In this document: positions 1-9,078 of the stretch, piece by piece
Layout of the letters: every line of letters begins with the position of its first letter
How positions within the stretch are numbered: the stretch's first letter is position 1
NCBI GenBank assembly: GCA_028291545.1
Contig: JAQGHR010000040.1
Location: forward strand, 96,589-160,588
Direction of reading: 5' to 3'
Source of the DNA: Planctomycetota bacterium
GTDB taxonomy: Bacteria; Planctomycetota; Planctomycetia; Isosphaerales; Isosphaeraceae
Length of the DNA: 64,000 nucleotides
Made by a program: the position numbers and the translations under genes
The notes under the pieces: model-generated
What the model was told of the DNA's origin: nothing
What the model saw: only the letters and a program-made list of their open reading frames with translations
The model's database searches: none

Positions 1-2120
1 CCGACGACATGAGGGCGCTCGCGGAATCTCAGGATGACGTGAAGGTCCAGTTCATCACGGAGTTGAACCTTGCGCGCTCGCGCAACATCGGGATCGGCCT
101 CTCCTCGGGCGAGATCCTTGCCTTCATCGACGACGACGCTGTGCCGAGTCATCTCTGGCTTCACGAGCTGGTCGAAGCCCTGGATCGCGAAGGGGCCGGC
201 TGCGGCGGGGTCGGGGGGGCGACGGTCCATGCCAACGCGTCCCCTGGTCCTTTGATGCAGAACCGGAACGCGATCCTTCACGAACTGGGCGACACCCATG
301 AGAGCGTTCGGCTGGAGCCGGGAACCCTGAACGACGCCGATGGACCCTGGTTCAACCGGCTTCACGGCTGCAACATGGCCTTTCGTCGGGCCGCGATCGA
401 GGCCGTCGGCGGGTTCGACGAGACGTTCATCTACCAGCACGAAGAGACCGATCTCTGCGTCCGCCTCATCCGCGCCGGATACCGCATCGCCCATCATCCC
501 CGTGGCCTGGTGGACCATTTCCCCGCGACCAGTCATTTTCGCCGCGATGCGTACGACGTCAGCTATTTCAATATACTTCGCAGTTACACCTACTTCGCCT
601 TGAAGCACGCTCGACAGTCGTTTCCGGCCACCGCCTGGCGCGTCTTCCGGGCTCATGTCCCGCATTGGAAGCGATTCGCCTTCTGGACGCTGACGTGCCG
701 GATCACGCCATGGCGTGCCGCGAAGTTCGTCGGGCAGTGGCTCAATGGCTATGCAAAGGGGCTTCGCCTCGGTTGGCAGTGGCGGCAGGGGATCATCAAG
801 CCTCGGCCGCTCGCGGCGACTGCTCCTCGGGAATTCCTGCCGATCCGCACCGTCTCCTCATGGACGGCTCCCGCACTCGACAGCTCGCGGCCGATGCGGA
901 TCGCGTTGCTTTGCGGCGAGCTTGGCGGCTCATCTCCCGGGGGAGTCGCGGTCTACACCGAGCATCTGGCCGAGGGTCTCGCCCGTCGCGGTCATGAGGT
1001 GGTCGTCTTCCGATCGGGCTATGGTCCCGGTTCCGCCAAGCCGACCGGATATCGCGTGCTCGGCATCCCTCCCGAAGCCGATCGGCCGCACTCGCTTTGT
1101 GTCCTTCGGCAACTCCGGGCGATGGCGCCTTTTGATCTCGTTGAGGCTCCCCTCTGGGGCGGCGAGGGGGCCGCAGTGGGCCTCTCGGGGCTGGCGCCGG
1201 TGGTCGTGCGGCTGGAGACGCCCCTGGAGGTTGTTCGCCAGATGTCGGGCCTCCCCCTCTCGCCCGACATGGTCGCGGGCATCGGCGCGGAACGGCTCGG
1301 GCTGAGCTATGCCTCGGGGGTGATCGCGATCAGCCAGGCCATCGCCGGCACGGTCGAGGCAATCTATGACGTTCGACTCGCGACCCATGCCCGTCTCTCG
1401 ACGGTCATCCCGATCGGTGTGCCGGCCGCGTGCGTATTGTCGGGTGACGAGGCGAATCCGCCCGAGATGAACGGGGTGCGATTCCTCTACCTGGGTCGTC
1501 TCGAAGCTCGGAAAGGAATCCTCGACCTCGGCGCCGCTTTCTTGCGGGCCGCCAAACAGCACGCGGATCTGACCCTCTGGATTGCCGGTTCCGATAACAG
1601 CGAGTCCGACGGCCATCGCGCCCGGACCGGACAAACCTACGAGCAAACCCTACGCGCCATGTGGGGCCCGGACATTGCTCGCCGCGTCCGATTCCTTGGT
1701 CGAGTCACTGAGGACGCCAAGAATCTCCTGATGGCCCACTGTGACGTGTTCGTCGCGCCCTCGCTCTACGAGTCCTTCGGGATCGTCTTCCTCGAAGCGA
1801 TGCGGCTGGGCAAGCCCGTGATCGGGACCGACGTAGGAGGCATCCCCGAGATCGTCATTCACGGGGAAACCGGCCTGCTCGTACCGGCGAACGACCCCGA
1901 GCAACTCGCCCAGGCGATGCTGGCGCTGGCCTCGGACTCCGAGCGACGAAATCGACTGGGCGGCTCTGGCCTGGAGCGATTTCAATCCCGATTCACGATC
2001 GACGAGTTCGCCCGCCGGAGCGAGAGCTTCTATCGAGAGGTCATCGCCCACTGGCAGGGCAGTCGATTCGCCGAGGCCGTGCAAGGCCGGGTCGAACCCG
2101 CCACGTTCAAGGCGGCGTGA
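1..2120 (+). CDS. Bifunctional glycosyltransferase: GT2 (GT-A) N-terminal part fused to a GT1/GT4 (GT-B) C-terminal domain. The 5' end is cut by the window edge.
   Basis: The frame is open from nt 3 to the first ATG at 9. The N-terminal part has GT2-like ILAFIDDDAVP and HGCNMAFRR motifs. From about aa 295 there are GT4 signatures: RIALLCGELGG..GGVAVYTEHLAEGLARRGHEVVVF and ESFGIVFLEAMRLGKPVIGTDVGGIPEIV. Confidence 0.8.
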   Translation, partial: DDMRALAESQDDVKVQFITELNLARSRNIGIGLSSGEILAFIDDDAVPSHLWLHELVEALDREGAGCGGVGGATVHANASPGPLMQNRNAILHELGDTHESVRLEPGTLNDADGPWFNRLHGCNMAFRRAAIEAVGGFDETFIYQHEETDLCVRLIRAGYRIAHHPRGLVDHFPATSHFRRDAYDVSYFNILRSYTYFALKHARQSFPATAWRVFRAHVPHWKRFAFWTLTCRITPWRAAKFVGQWLNGYAKGLRLGWQWRQGIIKPRPLAATAPREFLPIRTVSSWTAPALDSSRPMRIALLCGELGGSSPGGVAVYTEHLAEGLARRGHEVVVFRSGYGPGSAKPTGYRVLGIPPEADRPHSLCVLRQLRAMAPFDLVEAPLWGGEGAAVGLSGLAPVVVRLETPLEVVRQMSGLPLSPDMVAGIGAERLGLSYASGVIAISQAIAGTVEAIYDVRLATHARLSTVIPIGVPAACVLSGDEANPPEMNGVRFLYLGRLEARKGILDLGAAFLRAAKQHADLTLWIAGSDNSESDGHRARTGQTYEQTLRAMWGPDIARRVRFLGRVTEDAKNLLMAHCDVFVAPSLYESFGIVFLEAMRLGKPVIGTDVGGIPEIVIHGETGLLVPANDPEQLAQAMLALASDSERRNRLGGSGLERFQSRFTIDEFARRSESFYREVIAHWQGSRFAEAVQGRVEPATFKAA

Positions 2121-2122
2121 TC

Positions 2123-2500
2123 TCAGGCGGCCTCGCGTTCCCGGCCGGAGGTGGTCCGCTCACGCTGTTCGAGCCGCCAGGACATCTCCTCGCACTCGAG
2201 TTGCAGGCGGGTCAGCTCGCGAAGGAAGGAATTGAACATCGGATTCATCTCGCGAACCAGGTCGCAGTCGGCCTGGATGGCGCGCAGGGTCTCGTTGTGG
2301 GTCCGAAAATCTTGAAGGACCTCGGGAGCGATATTGATATCCAGGATCTGATCCATTTTCGCGTTCAGGACCTTGAGGTCATCCCGGACCGGCTCAAGGC
2401 ACGCGTCGATCAGGCCGGCGAGCTTGCGCTTGACCAAACGCTCGACCCGGTCAATCACCAGCCGGATCGGCTTCAGGAGAAGTTGTCGTAATCCCGACAT
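2123..2500 (-). CDS. Small hypothetical coiled-coil protein (125 aa), downstream of and co-oriented with the GT1 gene.
   Basis: GGAGG lies 6 nt upstream of the ATG at 2500. The gap to the stop of the upstream GT gene is 15 nt. GC3 is higher than in the mirror ORF on the plus strand. The sequence is heptad-like and charged (LTRLQLECEEMSWRLEQ). Confidence 0.55.
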   Translation of the reverse strand: MSGLRQLLLKPIRLVIDRVERLVKRKLAGLIDACLEPVRDDLKVLNAKMDQILDINIAPEVLQDFRTHNETLRAIQADCDLVREMNPMFNSFLRELTRLQLECEEMSWRLEQRERTTSGREREAA

Positions 2501-2515
2501 GATCGCCTCCAGGAC

Positions 2516-4225
2516 TCAGGACGCTTGGCGCAAGGATTCGTGGGAAGCCGTGATCGGCGTCGCGAACGTGGGGATTCGCAACCCGGGGTCGTCGCTCGCC
2601 ATGCGGCGCATCTGCTCGTACAACCAGGGCGAATAACACGTCACACCGATCGCCAACCGTAAGACCTCGCGAAGGTCATTCTCGGCATTACCATGCGTCG
2701 AGTGCTCCGTCAGGTCGGTGATGTGGATGTTCCCGAACACGACGACACCGGCATGAGCCGTCAGGTCGCCGATCAGCGGCGAAAGTGAGTCCAGCGAATC
2801 GACCAGGTAGAGGATTTCCGGGTTGCCCACGAGCGGGAGAATTCGTCCCAGGAGCCGCCTTTCGTACCAACCCGAACGATCTGGCAAGGGGAACAGCGAC
2901 GGTGCGCGACGTTCGTCGATGAAGAGGATCGTGGGCTTCGAGCCCATGAGCTCCGCGACGATCGCAGCCGTTCCGGGGTCGTAACTCAGGCCGGAACGAG
3001 ACGGATACGCGACGATGGCCATTCGATCGCCGGTATCGGCCATGCGTTTGGGGAACGCCTCGATTGCGTCTCGAACGGCCTCGGCCGACTTGTTCCACGA
3101 GAATTGCCGAGCCTGAAGTATTGCAGCGCCTCTCAGCGCAGCCAGACGGTCCGGGTCGCGAATCAGGTCGGTGATCTTGCAGGCCCAGTCGGCCGGATGA
3201 TCGGTCCGGGCCAGCACTCCCGCCGGGCCGGCGACCTCCGGCTGAGAGGAATTGTCGGCGACGACCACGGCGGCGCCGCAGCTCATGGCCTCCAGGATGG
3301 GGAGGCCGAAGCCCTCATAATGCGAGGGCGAGAGAAAAATCGAGGCGCGCCGATAGAGCGCCCTGACGGCCTCATCGTTGGCCGGGCCGGTCGCGATCAC
3401 CCGACCACCAAGACCGAGTTCGTCGATCTTTTCTCGCAAGACCGCCGAGAACCAGGCGTTCGTGCCGAACGTCAGAACCAGCGGATACGCGTCCCGTACC
3501 GACTCGGGCAACAGGGCGTACGCATCGACCAGGCCGAGGACGTTCTTCCGCCAATCGACGTTGCCGAGGTAATAGAGAAATGGCCCGGTGATGCCGAGAT
3601 CGAGAAGGATTTGAATGTCGATGTCACCGGACGCGGCATCCTCGGCCGGTCGGAAGTACTCCGGATCGGTCGCCGCCTGGATATTCACGATCCGGCGATC
3701 GGGGACGCCGAGCAACGTCCGCAGATCCTTGCCGGTGGCCTCGGAGATGGCCAGGAGCAAGTCGTACGACCGGAGCCGACGGAGGTCACGGTGGTATTCC
3801 ATGGCCAACTTCGGATCGTCGAGATAGTGCTTCGGGAAAAGGCTGGGGATCAGGTCGTACACGATGGCCGCCAACTTCGGCCCGCCCGGCACCGGCTCGG
3901 GAAGCGCAAATCCGCGACGCTGGACAACCGGATTGGGCACCAGGAACCAGTCCAGCCGTTGCCGATTATTCTGTACAACCCGTTGCAGAGTCCCGTCTGG
4001 CTCCGAGCGGGGATCGGGCTCGACATCGACCCACTCACTCACCCGATCGTTGAGATTCTCGTCCCAGTCCATTTCCAGGTCGGGCCGGCGATAGAAGATG
4101 AAGTCCCACGAGGGATTTTCGAGGAGCAGAGTGCGCAAGAGCGACTTCGCGTAACGGCCGATTCCGCGCCCCCGGCAGCTCGTCGCCTGAATCGCGAGCA
4201 GGTCGATCCCGATCCGCATCCTCAA
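2516..4225 (-). CDS. Glycosyltransferase family 1 (GT4-like) with an additional C-terminal domain of about 170 aa.
   Basis: N-terminus MRIGIDLLAIQATSCRGRGIGRYAKSLL. GT-B motif HYEGFGLPILEAMSCGAAVVVADNSSQPEV. Confidence 0.85.
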   Translation of the reverse strand: MRMRIGIDLLAIQATSCRGRGIGRYAKSLLRTLLLENPSWDFIFYRRPDLEMDWDENLNDRVSEWVDVEPDPRSEPDGTLQRVVQNNRQRLDWFLVPNPVVQRRGFALPEPVPGGPKLAAIVYDLIPSLFPKHYLDDPKLAMEYHRDLRRLRSYDLLLAISEATGKDLRTLLGVPDRRIVNIQAATDPEYFRPAEDAASGDIDIQILLDLGITGPFLYYLGNVDWRKNVLGLVDAYALLPESVRDAYPLVLTFGTNAWFSAVLREKIDELGLGGRVIATGPANDEAVRALYRRASIFLSPSHYEGFGLPILEAMSCGAAVVVADNSSQPEVAGPAGVLARTDHPADWACKITDLIRDPDRLAALRGAAILQARQFSWNKSAEAVRDAIEAFPKRMADTGDRMAIVAYPSRSGLSYDPGTAAIVAELMGSKPTILFIDERRAPSLFPLPDRSGWYERRLLGRILPLVGNPEILYLVDSLDSLSPLIGDLTAHAGVVVFGNIHITDLTEHSTHGNAENDLREVLRLAIGVTCYSPWLYEQMRRMASDDPGLRIPTFATPITASHESLRQAS

Positions 4226-4383
4226 CCCTCACAACCGGTGCTACGCTTTTCCCGAGCGAGCGCGAAGCGGCAGAGGTTTACCAGGATTGCAGTAATCGGA
4301 GAAGGCGGATCGCCCTCTGACGGCGAGGTGCACCGAGCATTCGAAAGTCAAGTTTAATGAACAGTAACCTCGGAGTAGGGGGT

Positions 4384-4411
4384 TTGACATACGGAATAAT
4401 TCAGTTATTCT
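4384..4411 (+). promoter_or_regulatory. Candidate sigma70-type promoter (TTGACA-N16-TATTCT) in an AT-rich gap upstream of the beta-helix gene.
   Basis: TTGACA at 4384-4389 and TATTCT at 4406-4411, in a locally AT-rich 350-nt intergenic region. Confidence 0.3.
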
Positions 4412-4575
4412 CTTTTATCCTTACCTTTCACAAACCCCCGACTACGGATGGTCGTCGTTTGGCTGCGGACCCACGATGACCCGTGGGCTAACGTGCGGGG
4501 TTCGAGCTTTCGAGTTGTCGGATTCAGGGACGATCATTATTTGTCATCTGCCCCATCTCTCTCCCGAGGTGCCCT

Positions 4576-7131
4576 ATGTCCCTGCGTTTCTTGCCGAAGC
4601 GTCTCGGTCGATCGCGGATGCCGGTCCAGGGAAAGCGGCCGATACATCTCCGGTACGGCTTTGAGGGGCTGGAATCTCGGGCACTGATGGCAACGCTCTA
4701 CGTCGCGCCCAGCGGATCGGACGGAGGCTCGGGGACCACCACCAGTAGCCCGCTTCATTCGATCCAGGCCGCCGTGAACGCGGCGAATACGGGCGATGAG
4801 ATCCGGGTGGCCGCGGGAACCTACATCTTCGAGCCGGGCGCGGACAACTACGCCCCCGCGAAGCAGAGCTACTCCGCGTTCCTGGGCGCGTCGTCAGTGG
4901 TCAGCATCGTTGGAAAGCAGCTCCACATTCTGGGCGGGTTCACGACGAGTAACTGGGCGGTGCCCGACCCGGTGAACAACCTGACGGTCATCGACGGACA
5001 GGGAAGCCATCGGGGCATCTTCGTCCTTGGCGGGCCCGGAGCGACGAGCCTCGACCTGGAAGGGTTCACGGTTCAGAACGCGCTCGCACAGGGCATCGCG
5101 AAGCGGGGCGGAACCGAGGCCGCATACGCATTCGGCGGCGGCCTCTTCGCCGACCTGGGCGGTGACCAAAGTGACACCAGCCCCTGGATCTTGAAAAACC
5201 TCGTCTTCCGCAACGATAAAGCCATCGCCAGCGGCGCGATCAACGGAGATGGCGGACGCGGGGCCGGTGGAGCGATTTCGTTCCGCTTCGTGAAGAATGC
5301 CACGTTCGATCACATCGTCTTCGACGCCAACCTGGCCCAGGGCATCACCGGCACATCCTCTGGTGGTGGCGCCCTGGGCGGCGCGGTGTTCCTCGACAAC
5401 TCGAACGTCGTCGGTAACGACCTGACCTTCACGGGAAATACCGCGCGAGCGGCGGATACCCAGGGTGAGGGCTCCACGAGCGGGCAGTCTGACGCTCTGG
5501 GTGGCGCCTTATCGCTGGTCACCAACAGCAACGCGACGCTGACACGTGTGATCGCGACGGGCAACAATGCGACCGCCGCCAATGCCAGCGCGGGCTCGTC
5601 CACCAGCCACGGCGGCGGCGGCTTCGGCGGCGCGTTTTATGCGGAAGGTCCGAACGGGCTCCTGAACCTCTCGGACGCCTACCTCCAGGGTAACGTGGCC
5701 CAGGGCGGAAACGGCCACACCGGGGGATTGGCCGGCGGAGGCGCCATCGAGACCCACAATGCGAGCCTCGTTCTCGACCGTTCCCGCGTCGTCGCGAACG
5801 TCTCCAGGAGCGGCAGTTCCACCAACGGAGGTCCCGTCGGCTCCGGCGGGGGTGGTGGGCTGTTCCTCACCCTTTTTACCGGCACCACAAGCACCACGAT
5901 CACGAACACCGTTGTTGCAGACAACACGGTCGTGGACGGTCAAGGCACGGGCAACGACGGCGGTGGCGGTGGAATCTGGCTCGCGGGGGTCACCGCGAAC
6001 CTCAGTCAGGTGACAATCGACAACAATCATCTCGACCCCCGTCAGGTCCTCGGCCAGGGGATCTTGGTCCTCGCCGGCGCGTCGGTGAACCTCTCCAACA
6101 GCATCGTCTCGGGCCACGTCGGGTCATCCGGCGGCGCGCTCGACGTGATCTCCCCGGGGAGTCAGCTCAACCTGGCGAGGATTCTCGACTCAGGAAACAC
6201 GACTCTCTTCGGACCTTTCACCAAGTCCGGTGTCTCCGGCCTCGCGACGGTCATCACGCCCCCCACGGCGTCACCGGCCCTTTACAATTCACCCGGCGGG
6301 CCGCACTGGGACTATCACCTCGATCGCAAGATCAATCCAAACCCGGCCGTCAATCAATCCGTCGGAAGCACGGCAACCCTGGACCTCGACGGCAACCCCC
6401 GGGTCGGGCTACCGGACCTCGGCGCTTACGAGCTAGTCACGCCCCGGGTCGAGTTTGTCACTCCGATCACCGTCTCCGAAGGGGGCAAGGCCCAGATCGT
6501 CATTGCCCGCCATGGTGATCTGACCGACACCGTCACCGTCCTGCTCTCGATCCTCTCCAGTGGCTCCGCGAAGTCGGGCGTGGATTTCACTCCATTCGGC
6601 AATAACGGAACGATCTCCGTCACCTTCAATCCCTACGAAGAAACGCACACGGTCGAGCTTCAGACGATCGATAATTCGGCCGTGAACCCGGACAAGACCG
6701 TGAACCTCTTGCTCGGGATCGACCCCGGCTCGAACTCTCTGGCCCGCGCCGGAGCCAGCCAGGCGACGGTCTCGATTCTCGACAACGACGGTGGCCCCGC
6801 ACCGGCGGCCGGATTCGTCGCCATCGATGCCCAGCCGATTCGTAACAAGAAGCAGCTTATCACCGGCGTCGTGATTCATTTCAATGCAGCGATGAATACC
6901 AAGGCCGCCAAAAATGTGCATTCGTACACGCTGAGGAAGGTGAGCGGCAAGGGCAAGTTCCCGAAGGTCAGCAGGGTCGTCTATACCGCCGGCTCAAACA
7001 CGGTGACGCTGAAGTTCTCCGGCCCGATGCCCGCCGGTTCCATCGGAAGCCTCGCGCTCTCCATGAGCAGACTCTCGGATACGGCCGGTCGCCCGCTTGG
7101 TGGCAATACGTCCTTCACACTGACGGTCTGA
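4576..7131 (+). CDS. Secreted right-handed beta-helix repeat protein with a choice-of-anchor-Q-like segment, a Calx-beta domain and an Ig-like C-terminus.
   Basis: Basic N-terminus followed by GLESRALMA. Long Gly/Asn/Ala-rich degenerate repeats (GGA..., NATL..). LDLDGNPRVGLPDLGAYE. Calx-beta-like VSEGGKAQIVIARHGDLTDTVTVLLS...SGVDF...ATVSILDND. Confidence 0.75.
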   Translation: MSLRFLPKRLGRSRMPVQGKRPIHLRYGFEGLESRALMATLYVAPSGSDGGSGTTTSSPLHSIQAAVNAANTGDEIRVAAGTYIFEPGADNYAPAKQSYSAFLGASSVVSIVGKQLHILGGFTTSNWAVPDPVNNLTVIDGQGSHRGIFVLGGPGATSLDLEGFTVQNALAQGIAKRGGTEAAYAFGGGLFADLGGDQSDTSPWILKNLVFRNDKAIASGAINGDGGRGAGGAISFRFVKNATFDHIVFDANLAQGITGTSSGGGALGGAVFLDNSNVVGNDLTFTGNTARAADTQGEGSTSGQSDALGGALSLVTNSNATLTRVIATGNNATAANASAGSSTSHGGGGFGGAFYAEGPNGLLNLSDAYLQGNVAQGGNGHTGGLAGGGAIETHNASLVLDRSRVVANVSRSGSSTNGGPVGSGGGGGLFLTLFTGTTSTTITNTVVADNTVVDGQGTGNDGGGGGIWLAGVTANLSQVTIDNNHLDPRQVLGQGILVLAGASVNLSNSIVSGHVGSSGGALDVISPGSQLNLARILDSGNTTLFGPFTKSGVSGLATVITPPTASPALYNSPGGPHWDYHLDRKINPNPAVNQSVGSTATLDLDGNPRVGLPDLGAYELVTPRVEFVTPITVSEGGKAQIVIARHGDLTDTVTVLLSILSSGSAKSGVDFTPFGNNGTISVTFNPYEETHTVELQTIDNSAVNPDKTVNLLLGIDPGSNSLARAGASQATVSILDNDGGPAPAAGFVAIDAQPIRNKKQLITGVVIHFNAAMNTKAAKNVHSYTLRKVSGKGKFPKVSRVVYTAGSNTVTLKFSGPMPAGSIGSLALSMSRLSDTAGRPLGGNTSFTLTV

Positions 7132-7148
7132 GAGTACTTCGGAGGGCG

Positions 7149-7185
7149 GAACCGCGACGACACACCGCCCGAGTCGTCGCGGTTC
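7149..7185. terminator. 13-bp perfect hairpin between convergent genes (possible bidirectional terminator, no U tract).
   Basis: GAACCGCGACGAC (7149-7161) / GTCGTCGCGGTTC (7173-7185), with an 11-nt loop. Confidence 0.4.
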
Positions 7186-7305
7186 TCCCACCGTCTTGCT
7201 CGATGCATTACCCACCGGTTCTCTTCGGGATTCCTGAGCCCCTTCGGGGCTGAAGAGGCGAACGCGACATCATGGGTAATGCATAGCCGTCTCGATCGGA
7301 AACAA

Positions 7306-8964
7306 TTACTCGTTCGCCTTCGGCGTGCCCGGAGCGGGGCTCGCAGCCGCGTCGGCATAAAAAACTTCGCACAAAGATCCCAGCAGCTTGCCGACGGCGG
7401 CCGTGGAATCGTTGACGTTGCCGCCCTTGAGCGGAATGTTGTTCACGAAGAAGGCAAAGACGAGCGGACGGCCCGAGGCCGTTTCCATATAGCCGGCCAG
7501 AGCCTTGCTCGTCAGCAGCGCCTCCCCGTTCAGGCCGTTGTTCAGCCAGTACGTTCCGGTCTTGGCACGGGCGTGGCCCCGCGCGGGACTGTCCGGTGCG
7601 ACCGCTTGCGACAGGGTCCCGTCACGACCGAGCACGGGCAGAGCTGCCTCGAACGCCGAGAAATCGGGGCGCTTCGCCATCGCCTGAAGCAGCGTCACCG
7701 TCGCCCTCGGCGTCACCAGATCGGCGCGAGCCCCGCCGGCGCCTCCCCCGAATGCGATCGACGAGATGTCGACCCCGAGCCCCTTCAGGAGAGCCCCCTC
7801 GCGACGAAGGCCCGCATCCAGGGTCGTCTCGCCGTGATGGGCCGCGATTATCAGGGGCAAGGTGCTCGCATGAAGGTTGTGGCTCACCTTGAGGATCACC
7901 TTCGCGTATTCCTTGAACGGCGGCGACGTGTATTCCGCCACGATGGGCAGCTTGGCCACATCGGGCCGAGCGGGTAGGGAGAGCGCCGCGTTGTCACCGA
8001 GAGGAGATGCGCTGAACTTGATCCCCTGGTCTCGCAGCGCTTCCAGGAAGAGCGTCCTCGCGAAGGCCGCCGGTTCCTCAACCTCGTAGATCTTGACGAC
8101 GGGACGATGACCAACGGGCAAGCGCCCTCGCACCGTGAATCGGCGCGGTCCGATCGCCGCGACTTCGATCGACGCCGTGGTCTTCTCCGCGGCGGTCGTG
8201 ACCTGGGCGTCAAACGAGACGAACGCGGTCTCCGGCTTGATTGTCACGACCGCCGGCTCTCCAACCTTGGAAGCGGGGGTCACGACGACATCCACCACGT
8301 TGTCATTTACGATGATCGGAACGACCCGCGATGGGCCGCTGCCAGTGCTCGCCGCGGGCTCGAAAAGGCGGTCGTCGACGAGGACATCGCCGGTGATCGT
8401 CTTGATGCCGGATTCCTTGATGCCTTTGGCCAGATGCTCCAGCCCCGCCCGCGGATTGCCGTTCACCAACGTGGCCTTGAACGATCCCGCCGCGTAGGAA
8501 TGATCATTATCCTCGAACAGCAACGCCCCGTCTGGTCCCGTGCGGCCCCCGAAACTCAGGTCGCCGCCAGCGACCAGGATCAGGTCGCCTTTGAGGGTCC
8601 CATCGGTCCCGACGTCTCCCCTACGGACGACCGGCGTCTTGAAGCGATAGTCGGCGCCCAGATCCGACATCGCGGCGGACGTGGAAAACAGCTTGGTGAC
8701 CGAGGCCGGGCAGAAAAGCTGATCCGGATTCTTCTCATAGACCGTCTCGCCCGTCTTGGCGTCGACCACGAGTAGGCCCCAGTGCCCCGTCTTGTAGGCG
8801 GGCGTACCAAGCACAGCCTCCACACGCTCCATGGCCGGATCGGCGGCCCTCGAACCCGAGCCCACCGCGATCACCAGCACCGCACCAATCAAGAATCGTC
8901 GCATCGGTTGCTCGCCCCCCGTCCCGTCTCGCCCGTCACCAGATCTTTCACGCGAAACGGACAT
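7306..8964 (-). CDS. dacB: D-alanyl-D-alanine carboxypeptidase/endopeptidase, PBP4 (peptidase S13).
   Basis: SxxK (PASVTKLF), SxN (VSHNLH) and KTG (AKTGTYW) motifs. Signal peptide MRRFLIGAVLVIAVGSGSRA. The start is uncertain: TTG 8985, ATG 8964 or ATG 8904 (the last gives a clean signal peptide). Confidence 0.85.
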   Translation of the reverse strand: MSVSRERSGDGRDGTGGEQPMRRFLIGAVLVIAVGSGSRAADPAMERVEAVLGTPAYKTGHWGLLVVDAKTGETVYEKNPDQLFCPASVTKLFSTSAAMSDLGADYRFKTPVVRRGDVGTDGTLKGDLILVAGGDLSFGGRTGPDGALLFEDNDHSYAAGSFKATLVNGNPRAGLEHLAKGIKESGIKTITGDVLVDDRLFEPAASTGSGPSRVVPIIVNDNVVDVVVTPASKVGEPAVVTIKPETAFVSFDAQVTTAAEKTTASIEVAAIGPRRFTVRGRLPVGHRPVVKIYEVEEPAAFARTLFLEALRDQGIKFSASPLGDNAALSLPARPDVAKLPIVAEYTSPPFKEYAKVILKVSHNLHASTLPLIIAAHHGETTLDAGLRREGALLKGLGVDISSIAFGGGAGGARADLVTPRATVTLLQAMAKRPDFSAFEAALPVLGRDGTLSQAVAPDSPARGHARAKTGTYWLNNGLNGEALLTSKALAGYMETASGRPLVFAFFVNNIPLKGGNVNDSTAAVGKLLGSLCEVFYADAAASPAPGTPKANE

Positions 8965-9009
8965 GATATCGCCTCGTCCTCCCAATTTCGGAACAATTTT
9001 CCCGGACTC

Positions 9010-9039
9010 TTGACGAACTCCTACAGAGTGTAGTAGATT
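9010..9039 (+). promoter_or_regulatory. Candidate promoter (TTGACG-N18-TAGATT) with an embedded BlaI/CopY-type operator palindrome, CTACA-GAG-TGTAG.
   Basis: Perfect dyad CTACAGAGTGTAG at 9021-9033, containing the TACA/TGTA core typical of BlaI/MecI/CopY operators. It lies between the -35 and -10 candidates, about 45 nt upstream of the blaI-like ATG. Confidence 0.45.
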
Positions 9040-9078
9040 CCGTCCAACGACACCCCGTAGTAGGGACGGAGGCCCTCG

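Noticed and set aside
3104-4357. 417-aa ORF on the plus strand.
   Set aside because: It is antisense to the GT1 gene at 2516-4225. It has no motifs.
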